Assembly (NCBI GenBank): GCA_048883105.1
Contig: JBHLQY010000001.1
Coordinates: 1 to 62,912, forward strand
DNA length: 62,912 nt
Source: Candidatus Thorarchaeota archaeon
GTDB lineage: Archaea; Asgardarchaeota; Lokiarchaeia; Sigyniarchaeales; SOKP01
Reading direction: 5' to 3'
Of the stretch, positions 48,266 to 56,119 are shown piece by piece. The stretch's first letter is position 1; every line of letters begins with the position of its first letter. Under the pieces are notes generated by a model, which did no database searches, was not told the origin of the DNA, and saw only the letters and a list, made by a program, of their open reading frames with translations. The position numbers and the translations under genes are program-made.

Positions 48266-48925
48266 ATGCTTGAGATTTTTATTTTCTCTTTTTTAATTGC
48301 CCTGACGGGGGCTTTATCTCCTGGTCCTGTTTTAACATTTACAATTTATAAATCTCTTAATAATAAAAGAGGCTATATGGCGGGATTTTTTATTATATTA
48401 GGTCATGCCACATTAGAACTCGTCCTCATAACACTCCTCTTATTAGGAGCGTATTTATTTTTTCAAAATATAATTGTCCTAACTATAATAGGCATTGTTG
48501 GAGGAATTTTTCTAGTGATATTCGGCTGTTTAGTCATAAGAGACATTTATAAGGGGAAATATGAAATTGATTTTTCGGTTTCCGAAGACGATATTAAAGG
48601 ATTTAAAGGAAATAGTTTTCTTGGTGGTATTTATATAAGCTTATCGAATCCTTTTTTTTTAATGTGGTGGGCAATAATCGGTTTGAGTTTTATGCTTAAC
48701 TTCAATATTAATTTTGACAATCCTATGGGGCTCCTTCTCTTTTATCTTGGACACGAATTGGGTGATTTTTTATGGTATATTCCGATTTCTATTTTTGCTT
48801 ATTACGGAGGGAAATCAATTAATTTAAAAGTATATAAGTATGTATTGATTGGATGTGGAATTTTTATGATTGGTTTTGGACTTTACTTAGCAGTGAATAT
48901 AATTGTCTTCCCTCCAAAAATTTGA
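48266..48925 (+). CDS. LysE/RhtB-family amino-acid exporter
   Basis: The ORF is ~220 aa with six TMs, and the N-terminal LTGALSPGPVLTF motif is typical of the LysE superfamily. Confidence 0.7.
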   Translation: MLEIFIFSFLIALTGALSPGPVLTFTIYKSLNNKRGYMAGFFIILGHATLELVLITLLLLGAYLFFQNIIVLTIIGIVGGIFLVIFGCLVIRDIYKGKYEIDFSVSEDDIKGFKGNSFLGGIYISLSNPFFLMWWAIIGLSFMLNFNINFDNPMGLLLFYLGHELGDFLWYIPISIFAYYGGKSINLKVYKYVLIGCGIFMIGFGLYLAVNIIVFPPKI

Positions 48926-49028
48926 ATGTAATGATAAGATTGAAGGCATATATATAGACGCTAGCTTTTATATATGAGGCAAAGGAACTTCTAATTTTAT
49001 TAAAATTAAAAAATAAATGTGAATTTTT

Positions 49029-51104
49029 TTAATCTTCCTTATACATGTCTTCTTGATCACTGTAAATGCCTGCGTTTGGATCGAGAAATTGGTTTTGACA
49101 TGCAGGACAGGAGTTATATTTTGATAACCAAAATGCTACGCAGAGATAATGATAAACTGCTTCACAGAAAGGACATTTTATTATCTGTTCTTTTGCGAAA
49201 TCAAATTTTTTATGGCAAACTCCACATTTTATTTTGTCTGAGGTGATCCCTTCTCTAACTTTTACTCTCTCAGATAGAGTTATCTCTAAATTAGTTAATT
49301 CTGTTCGGTATAGATCTATTTCATTACTTAAATTCTTAACTCTTGATTTAATTTCAGTTATTCTCTCGTTTAATTCCTCTTCTGTTAATTTATCGAATAA
49401 AAAGGTTGATAACGCAAAATTTAATGGCATTGCATCAGTTGTATCCTTTTGGTCCGTGATTTCTGTTATGCGTTCAAGCATTAGATCTTCTTCCTCAATT
49501 AGCTCCTTAAAATTTTTAAATAACTTATTAAGTATCATAGACAATAAAAAGGTTAATTGCTGTTTTTTAAAATTGAAGTTATCTTCCCATTGCTTAATAA
49601 TTTGATAAATATCAATGTCCTTTTCTTTATATAAATCTATTTTTTTATAAACATCATTCTTAATTTTCTTAACACTAGATTTATACTTACTAAGAATTTC
49701 ACGAATTTGTTTTAATTGAGGAAATTCTTCCCGTACTATTAAAGCTGTTTCATCTTGATATTTACTCATTAAATCATTGACTTCCGAAATCTTTTCATAA
49801 ATAAAATTCCTTACATGATCACGTAATCGTTCTTTTCTAACTGATTTTAGATAATATAAATACTCTTCTTTCCTTCGTGTTATTTCAGTAAGAACATTAT
49901 CAATAATTTTTTCATATGAACTTGTTATTTCCCCATACGGTTCCAAAGAAGATTCAAAATCTCCGAAATGACGATTTAATTCCTCTACTAACGAATAAAA
50001 GATATCCACTTTTTCAGAATAATACTTAATGACATTTTTAAACTCGTCGTACTCTTTCAAATCGCTAATTGTAGCGTGATATTTCTTTTCTAAACCACTT
50101 AAGTAATAATCTGCTATTTGGGGTAAATATACGCTAACTTTTTGTTCTAAAACAGTTTTTAAATTTATTTTCTTTTTATCCTCTTCTAATGTAAAATTCT
50201 TATCTAGCTCATTTATTTCATCTAAAATTGCCTTTAATTTATTCTCAATTAGAGATTTAATAATTGGATGAATAAATTTTTTTAATTTCTGAATAATTTC
50301 TTTTCTATCTACAATATTTACGTATTCATCGATATCCTCAACCTCTTTAACTTCTTCAATTAGAGTGTTCTGAAATAGAAGAAAAATTAAATCAGAATAA
50401 ATCTCAATTTTCCCGTCTTGTTTTTTGTTATAAAACTGATATATATCAGCAAAATATAATGTTAAATATACTCCCTTTTTTTTCTTTTTCTTCTTTTTAA
50501 TAACCTCTCGATTAGAATCTTCAATGAAATCGTAAAGTTCCTTTATTTCATTCCATTTTGTCAACGCACTTGGAAACTCGTTAATCTTTAAGTTTAAATT
50601 TTTGATTTTATTTGCTTCAATCCAAATATACGAAATATTATCATAAAGACCCTCATACTTATATTGAGATTTCTCAAGTTCTGAATAAAGTTCATTAAAT
50701 TCATCAATAAGACTTTGAATTGTTATTAAAAACTCATCTAAAAATGAATTTTGTTTCAAAAGTCTCTTAATATTTCGACAATTTAATTTTAGATTTAGTA
50801 AATTATTTGAATAGAGTTTAATTTCTTTTAAAATTCCTGATTTTAAATTATGAAAATTATTTTTTTCAGAATTGTCTTTAGGTGTTAAATATATGTCAGT
50901 GAAATCTCTTATTTCTTCAAAATAATTTGAGTAATAATTGAGAATTTCTCTTTGGAATTTTGTCTTTAAAAAGTCATCAATCTCAGGTGAATCTGGCTTT
51001 TCTATCTTAAGTTTTTCTATATTTCTTTTAATATCTAATATATCTTCCTTAGAAAATCCTTTTATTTCCCGAACATCATTAAAAACATTATCAGTTAATT
51101 TCAA
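49029..51104 (-). CDS. 691-aa helical/coiled-coil protein with a C-terminal C4HC3 RING/PHD-like zinc finger
   Basis: The C-terminus reads CGVCHKKFDFAKEQIIKCPFCEAVYHYLCVAFWLSKYNSCPACQ, which is C-x2-C-x13-C-x2-C-x4-H-x2-C-x10-C-x2-C. The H..C...WL.....CP.C tail is typical of RING-type E3 fingers. The rest is helical, with a K8 run. Confidence 0.65.
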   Translation of the reverse strand: MKLTDNVFNDVREIKGFSKEDILDIKRNIEKLKIEKPDSPEIDDFLKTKFQREILNYYSNYFEEIRDFTDIYLTPKDNSEKNNFHNLKSGILKEIKLYSNNLLNLKLNCRNIKRLLKQNSFLDEFLITIQSLIDEFNELYSELEKSQYKYEGLYDNISYIWIEANKIKNLNLKINEFPSALTKWNEIKELYDFIEDSNREVIKKKKKKKKGVYLTLYFADIYQFYNKKQDGKIEIYSDLIFLLFQNTLIEEVKEVEDIDEYVNIVDRKEIIQKLKKFIHPIIKSLIENKLKAILDEINELDKNFTLEEDKKKINLKTVLEQKVSVYLPQIADYYLSGLEKKYHATISDLKEYDEFKNVIKYYSEKVDIFYSLVEELNRHFGDFESSLEPYGEITSSYEKIIDNVLTEITRRKEEYLYYLKSVRKERLRDHVRNFIYEKISEVNDLMSKYQDETALIVREEFPQLKQIREILSKYKSSVKKIKNDVYKKIDLYKEKDIDIYQIIKQWEDNFNFKKQQLTFLLSMILNKLFKNFKELIEEEDLMLERITEITDQKDTTDAMPLNFALSTFLFDKLTEEELNERITEIKSRVKNLSNEIDLYRTELTNLEITLSERVKVREGITSDKIKCGVCHKKFDFAKEQIIKCPFCEAVYHYLCVAFWLSKYNSCPACQNQFLDPNAGIYSDQEDMYKED

Positions 51105-51219
51105 AATAAAGACACCTTAATCAGTAAGATGTTCTAAAGCAAAATTGCCGTTAGTCAGTCTAGTAGTTATAAAATGGAAAAATTTTAAATTTTTCTATTC
51201 AAAAAAAGCGTTTAAAAAA

Positions 51220-51837
51220 TTATTCCCCAAGTTCTTTAATTTCAATGTGTTTTTCTTTGGCTCCGTCTTTTGTTATCGTTAAAATATCAATCCCATCCCC
51301 AGACATTGCATCTCTTGCTATGGCTACTCTAATTGCTTTTTCTACTAATGCTTCACCCGCTTCAACACTTATATCAGGTTTATATTCTGCTTCAAGGATT
51401 CCTATTGATAGCAGCATTCCTGTTCCAGCAGTACCATAATCGTCCGGCATTAACGAACCAATTGCGTCGAGTGTGTAGAGTTTAGGACCGTCTTTATCCA
51501 TTCCCGCAATTACTAAATTGGTATATAGTGGAAACATTTTTCGTGAATATAAATAATTTGAAACTAATTTCCCCATACTTTTTGTTGATATCCTCTCCCC
51601 AGCATCTAATAAATATAAATTAGCTTGTGCTTTCATAATCTTTACTAAAATTTGCCAGTCTCCTATAAGACCATACGCAGCTAAGCCAATATTATCTGTT
51701 ATCTTAAATAATTTTCTTGTTGATTTGTTTGCTACTGTATATCCCCACGTTGCTCGATTATCGTTGCCAAGGACAACTCCATCTAGACATTTAATTGCTA
51801 CTCCACATGCACCAGGTACAATAATTTGCTGTGCCAT
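51220..51837 (-). CDS. psmB: Proteasome beta-type subunit lacking the catalytic Thr1
   Basis: The 205-aa ORF aligns position by position to the archaeal beta subunit: PG-ACGVAIKCLDGVVLGNDNRAT... versus TG-TTTVGITLKDAVIMATERRVT.... Asp17 and Lys33 equivalents are present (GNDNR; TRKLF), but Thr1-Thr2 are replaced by Ala-Cys. Confidence 0.8.
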   Translation of the reverse strand: MAQQIIVPGACGVAIKCLDGVVLGNDNRATWGYTVANKSTRKLFKITDNIGLAAYGLIGDWQILVKIMKAQANLYLLDAGERISTKSMGKLVSNYLYSRKMFPLYTNLVIAGMDKDGPKLYTLDAIGSLMPDDYGTAGTGMLLSIGILEAEYKPDISVEAGEALVEKAIRVAIARDAMSGDGIDILTITKDGAKEKHIEIKELGE

Positions 51838-51859
51838 TTTTTTTATTCTTGTGTGTTTA

Positions 51860-51914
51860 ATATCATAAAGTTATTGAAAAAATATAAGGTTAATCTTAAT
51901 AATCTAAAGTATTA
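51860..51914. repeat. 55-bp direct repeat, copy A (between the proteasome-beta start and the radical SAM stop)
   Basis: Copy A is atatcataaagttattgaaaaaatataaggttaatcttaataatctaaagtatta. It matches 53416-53470 at 51 of 55 positions by manual alignment. The 10-mer ttgtgtgttt lies just outside it at 51849-51858. Confidence 0.8.
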
Positions 51915-51924
51915 TTTTAATAGT

Positions 51925-53343
51925 CTATATAGCTTGAAATTCTTCATCAACAATTTTATCTATACGTCCTAAAAATTTTGTAGCACCATTTAAAATAAAT
52001 TTTGGGGCGAATTTTATAACCCACTTGAATTTTGGATATTTGAGCAATCCGACACTATATTTTTTAAGAAGAAATTTTTTATTATAGAAAGATCGATAAC
52101 TCTCAGATAGTAATTCTTGAATATCATCTACTGTTAAATCTGGTGTAGACATTATCGGCTTCACATGGCCAACTTTTCTATTTTCCCATTTATGGTCTTT
52201 TTCTACCCAGCCTTTTTCAACAGCTTCATAAAATAGTTGAGTACCAGGAAAAGGGGTTATTGGACTAGTCATCATAAAATCTATATCAATATCTCTCATT
52301 AATCTAAAGGTTTCTCGAGTATCCTCCTTTGTTTCTCCTATATTACCAACGATAAAGCTCCCAAAGGCTATTATCCCATTTTTATGACATATTTTAACAC
52401 AATCTCGAACTTTATCAAGAGAATATCCTTTCTCCATACGATCTAAAGCCATCTGTTTGAGGCTCTCAAATCCTAGGAAAAAGCATATGAATCCACTTTT
52501 ACGCATTTCTTTCACCATGTCAGGGTTATCTGCAATATCATCTACTCGTGCTTGACATGCAAACATGAAACGTTTACTAAGATTAGTTCTTTGAAGCAAT
52601 TCACATATTCTCATGATTCTTTTTTTGTGCATCGTGAAATTATCGTCAACAAAAAAGATGAGTTTAGTTTTTGGTGGAACTTGAAATAATTCCTTAATAA
52701 CACGTTCGGGCGTTTTTGTTCTATACGTCCTATTGTAAAATTCATGAACACAACAAAATCTACAGCTAAACGGACAGCCCCTCGAAGTTTCACAGACCCA
52801 GGCAGGAACCCATAAATAATGGTAAGGTTCATGCTCTACAAGTTCATTTCGAGGAAATGGTAATTCATCTAAATTTTTAATAAAAGGTCTATTAGGATTG
52901 TGATACACCTTTCCATTTTCTCTATAAGATAATCCTAAAATTTCTTTTTTTGGCTTACCGCTTAAAAGTTCCTTAAATGTTATTTCACCTTCTCCCCTCA
53001 CAACCATATTAATACAATCGTATCGATCAATAATACTTGGATCTAAAGTAGGATGGAATCCTCCTAATATAGTCTGTATTTTGTTTCTTTTTGCCAATTT
53101 ACAAATATTCAAAACCATTCTAAAAGAAGGCGACATACATGTAATTCCAATTAAATCGTAATTAATTAATTTTTTTTCCATTTCCTTAATTCCATAAGAT
53201 TTGTCAATATTTAAATCAAGGATATCAACTATATGTTCGGGTATAGCACCAGCCAACGTTAAGATATTTAGAGGAGGGCTGCACATTATAGCTCCCATTC
53301 CTTTGCCAGACGGAAATGGTGGATATATCAATAGAATTTTCAA
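51925..53343 (-). CDS. B12-binding-domain radical SAM protein
   Basis: The N-terminal B12-binding-like Rossmann segment (KILLIYPP...DLIGITC) is followed by ETSRGCPFSCRFCCV (CX3CX2C) and typical downstream elements. The start is TTG. Confidence 0.8.
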   Translation of the reverse strand: MKILLIYPPFPSGKGMGAIMCSPPLNILTLAGAIPEHIVDILDLNIDKSYGIKEMEKKLINYDLIGITCMSPSFRMVLNICKLAKRNKIQTILGGFHPTLDPSIIDRYDCINMVVRGEGEITFKELLSGKPKKEILGLSYRENGKVYHNPNRPFIKNLDELPFPRNELVEHEPYHYLWVPAWVCETSRGCPFSCRFCCVHEFYNRTYRTKTPERVIKELFQVPPKTKLIFFVDDNFTMHKKRIMRICELLQRTNLSKRFMFACQARVDDIADNPDMVKEMRKSGFICFFLGFESLKQMALDRMEKGYSLDKVRDCVKICHKNGIIAFGSFIVGNIGETKEDTRETFRLMRDIDIDFMMTSPITPFPGTQLFYEAVEKGWVEKDHKWENRKVGHVKPIMSTPDLTVDDIQELLSESYRSFYNKKFLLKKYSVGLLKYPKFKWVIKFAPKFILNGATKFLGRIDKIVDEEFQAI

Positions 53344-53415
53344 TTAAATCCCTTTTTTAGCTAAAAAATTATATGATTTTTTAGTTAAATGACGCCTGTA
53401 GACGCCCCTAGAATA

Positions 53416-53470
53416 TATCATAAAGTTATTTAAAACATATAAGGTTAATCTTAATACTCTAAAGTAGTAG
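53416..53470. repeat. 55-bp direct repeat, copy B (upstream of the radical SAM start)
   Basis: Copy B is atatcataaagttatttaaaacatataaggttaatcttaatactctaaagtagta. It has 4 mismatches to copy A. The same 10-mer ttgtgtgttt lies just outside it at 53477-53486. Confidence 0.8.
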
Positions 53471-54241
53471 AGAATTTTGTGTGTTTGATTTAATTTCTCC
53501 AATAATGGTTTGATTAAATCAAGATAGTTATTTATGTAATAGAAAAACAAGTCAAAAGAGCAATTTCTAAGAGGAGAAGAACCACAAGCGAATTCTCTGA
53601 TTAAGAAATTCATAAATTTTAAATGTATACATCATTAATTTCATTGGAAACCTCAATATATCAAAAAATATAACAATATATTAGGCAATTAATAATCTTA
53701 AAATCTCATTTACTATTTGTTTAAAAGTTCTAATATTTAATTTTACTGCTCAATTTAGTTCTTACTCATTATCTTAGATCAAATTACAAAATATCACATT
53801 CAATTCCCTTATTTCTCATTTAGAAATTATTTTTACTTATCATTTCAATCATAACATATTTTCAATGATCATCATATTAATGGTATGATATTTTATTACG
53901 AATGAAATAATTTTATTCAAAATTTTTTAATTCTCCATAAAATCATATAAAAACTATAATTAGATATAATTTTATCATAATCAAGATCCCTATTAGTTTT
54001 ATTGTAAAAAATTTACGTCATCTTTTTAATTTGATCATTGATCGAATGATGACAGAATTTTTTCAATTATATGAGGGTATCAAAATTTTTGTCGAAATTT
54101 TTTCAAGTAACTTCTTCATATTCTTCACGAATATACATAATATTTAAATAGCACTTCGATTATAATAATAACTAAGAACTTTACAAAAATAATTAAAAAA
54201 AAATTAAAAACCTAAATTTTAAAAAAAATTTCACAATTTTA

Positions 54242-54248
54242 GAGGAGG
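54242..54248 (+). promoter_or_regulatory. Shine-Dalgarno element (GAGGAGG) of the histone gene
   Basis: GAGGAGG lies 8 nt upstream of the ATG at 54257. Confidence 0.6.
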
Positions 54249-54256
54249 AATAAAAA

Positions 54257-54475
54257 ATGGCTAAAAAGAAACATAGCTTTGCATGGAGTCCAATTCGAAG
54301 ACTCATGAAACAACAAGGCGCTAGCATAGTAGCGAGAAATGCAGTCGATTTATTAATTGATCATTTAGAGAAAACTGCCACTGGTTTAACTGAACAAGCT
54401 CGAGCCTTTACCATGCATGCTAACAGAAAGAAAATTACCAAGAATGATCTCGTATTATCGATTAAATACTTATAG
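54257..54475 (+). CDS. Archaeal histone (HMf-type histone fold) with a short Lys-rich N-terminal extension
   Basis: PIRRLMKQQGASIVARNAVDLLIDHLEKTATGLTEQARAFTMHANRKKITKNDLVLSIKYL fits the archaeal histone fold (P....i.k.aGa.RvS.dA...l...le.......a...A.HAgRKTi...Di.la.k). It is preceded by MAKKKHSFAWS. Confidence 0.85.
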   Translation: MAKKKHSFAWSPIRRLMKQQGASIVARNAVDLLIDHLEKTATGLTEQARAFTMHANRKKITKNDLVLSIKYL

Positions 54476-54505
54476 AGAGATTTCTTGAGAATTAACTTTA
54501 ATTTT

Positions 54506-54515
54506 ATTTATCTTA
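54506..54515 (+). terminator. Oligo-T tract (T10) downstream of the histone gene
   Basis: T10 lies 30 nt after the stop at 54473-54475. Confidence 0.4.
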
Positions 54516-54755
54516 TTTTTTTTTTCTTTTATACTAAATTTAGAACGATTTAGAAGTTAATTCTATTTTGTTAAACCTCACTCACCTGGTGGGCGCCAAA
54601 ATCATAGAAAAAGATATATATTTCGAAATCAAGTTAATATATATTAAAAAAAATAATAAGGTTCGATAACAATCGTAAAAAGAGATATTTACTAATTATT
54701 ATTTACTACTTATGATATATTATTTCTTTTTGTAGATTTATAATTGTCCATTAAG

Positions 54756-55019
54756 TTAATAGCGATAATTTCGTCTACCGCCTTTATTATATGGATTATA
54801 TTGTCGAGGTGCTTTTTCGATAACGACAACATTACTCGCTTGTGGCCCTTTTTGACCTTCAACAATATCGAACTCAACCTTGTCATTTTCGTTTAACGTT
54901 TTATATTCTTCATCCCCTGCCAATGCTGAGTAATGAACAAATACATCATTCCCCTCTTCAGAGCTTATAAATCCATAGCCTTTTCGGCTATTAAACCATT
55001 TTACTGTTCCTTTTACCAA
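54756..55019 (-). CDS. Cold-shock-domain protein with a C-terminal Arg/Tyr/Gly-rich tail
   Basis: [31 protein letters not shown] contains the RNP1 (KGYGFI) and RNP2 (VFVHY) motifs. The tail is [20 protein letters not shown] prefer the TTG at 55019; an alternative TTG lies at 55031. Confidence 0.85.
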   Translation of the reverse strand: MVKGTVKWFNSRKGYGFISSEEGNDVFVHYSALAGDEEYKTLNENDKVEFDIVEGQKGPQASNVVVIEKAPRQYNPYNKGGRRNYRY

Positions 55020-55297
55020 ATTTAAAACCAAATTTCAATTTTTGAAAAATTAATTAAATTCTCAAAGAATTAATAATAAAAAGAATCTAAGGAAAATAAA
55101 CCTTTCTATTCAACCTCATTCATCTATGAATTTTTATAAACCTCGAGAAATTGATTCAGCGGTTATCACGGCAATTTGCTGAATTAATCCATTAGGAAAA
55201 AACATTTTTTCCGTCTTTTTTTCGATATAAATATTAAAAAGGATTTGAGTTTTAATCTAATTTATTAAAAATATAAAATAAAAATGGAGGTAAAAAT

Positions 55298-56107
55298 ATG
55301 GCTTACAAGAATATTTTATATGAAAAGGAAAACCATGTTGTAATAATAACAATTAATCGTCCTGAAGTCCGTAATTGCATAAACAATGAAACTAATCTGG
55401 AATTACAACAAGCTTGGAAGACTTTTCGTGATGATGACGATGCTTTTGTGGCTATATTTACGGGAGCCGGGGATATTGCATTTTCTGCAGGTTGGGATCT
55501 TAAGGATGCTGCCGCCCTTGAGTCATTCGAAGGTTATGATTGGTATCGAACAGCCTGTCATAATGTTGAAGGCTTTTGTGGATATACTAAGAAATTTGAT
55601 ATTTTTAAACCTATAATTTGCGCAATAAACGGATTTGCGCTTGCTGCTGGCCTTGAAAATTGTCTTATCGCTGACATCCGTATCGCATCTGATGATGCTA
55701 AATTTGGTGCAACCGAAAGAAGATGGAACATCGTTGCTGGCGATGGATTATGTGTTAGATTGCCTATAATTATTGGATACGCTTGGGCAATGGATTTAAT
55801 AATCACAGGGCGAGTAATAGATGCACAAGAAGCGCTTCAGATTGGTCTTGTAAATGAAATAGTTCCTAAAGAGAAATTGATGGAAAGAGCTAAAGAATTA
55901 GCGCGCTCAATCTGTAAATTACCTCAAGGCGCAATTAGGACTGATAAGGAGACTGTTATCAGAGGCGTTGGTCGCACGGTTGAAGAAAGAACCTTCATTG
56001 AAACAGAGCAAATTCTTTCCATGTTTCTCCGGGGTGATAAACATACCGAAGGAGCTAAAGCTTTTCTCCAGAAGCGGAAGCCGTCATGGAAAGAACATGG
56101 CCTTTAA
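55298..56107 (+). CDS. Enoyl-CoA hydratase/isomerase (crotonase) family protein
   Basis: The ORF has VVIITINRPEVRNCIN, FTGAGDIAFSAGWDLK and ICAINGFALAAGLE, the crotonase oxyanion-hole segments. Confidence 0.8.
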   Translation: MAYKNILYEKENHVVIITINRPEVRNCINNETNLELQQAWKTFRDDDDAFVAIFTGAGDIAFSAGWDLKDAAALESFEGYDWYRTACHNVEGFCGYTKKFDIFKPIICAINGFALAAGLENCLIADIRIASDDAKFGATERRWNIVAGDGLCVRLPIIIGYAWAMDLIITGRVIDAQEALQIGLVNEIVPKEKLMERAKELARSICKLPQGAIRTDKETVIRGVGRTVEERTFIETEQILSMFLRGDKHTEGAKAFLQKRKPSWKEHGL

Positions 56108-56119
56108 AAATTATATCCC

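Noticed and set aside
49019-49605. Plus-strand ORFs of 75 and 123 aa overlapping the 3' end of the RING-finger gene.
   Set aside because: They are antisense to a region that encodes a well-formed eight-ligand zinc finger on the minus strand. Their products are low-complexity.
50476-50498. An A-rich run encoding K8 in the RING-finger protein, considered as a programmed slippage or frameshift site.
   Set aside because: The reading frame continues uninterrupted through the run. No alternative frame extends meaningfully downstream, so it is most simply a poly-lysine linker.
53391-53408. gacgcc-tgta-gacgcc near repeat copy B, considered as a hairpin or operator.
   Set aside because: It is a short direct repeat rather than an inverted one, and a single occurrence is not enough to assign a function.
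53344-53613. An 89-aa minus-strand ORF whose stop abuts the radical SAM start (TAATTG).
   Set aside because: Its composition (F/Y/L/N/K/R) is what random translation of AT-rich DNA gives. It overlaps the 55-bp repeat copy B and has no recognisable motif. I kept the region as a possibly non-coding region instead.
54570-54600. A small relatively GC-rich patch (cctcactcacctggtgggcgcc) in the histone-csp spacer, considered as a small RNA or C/D-box guide.
   Set aside because: It has only a 4-bp palindromic core (cacc.ggtg) and no recognisable C/D or H/ACA boxes. That is too short to support a call.
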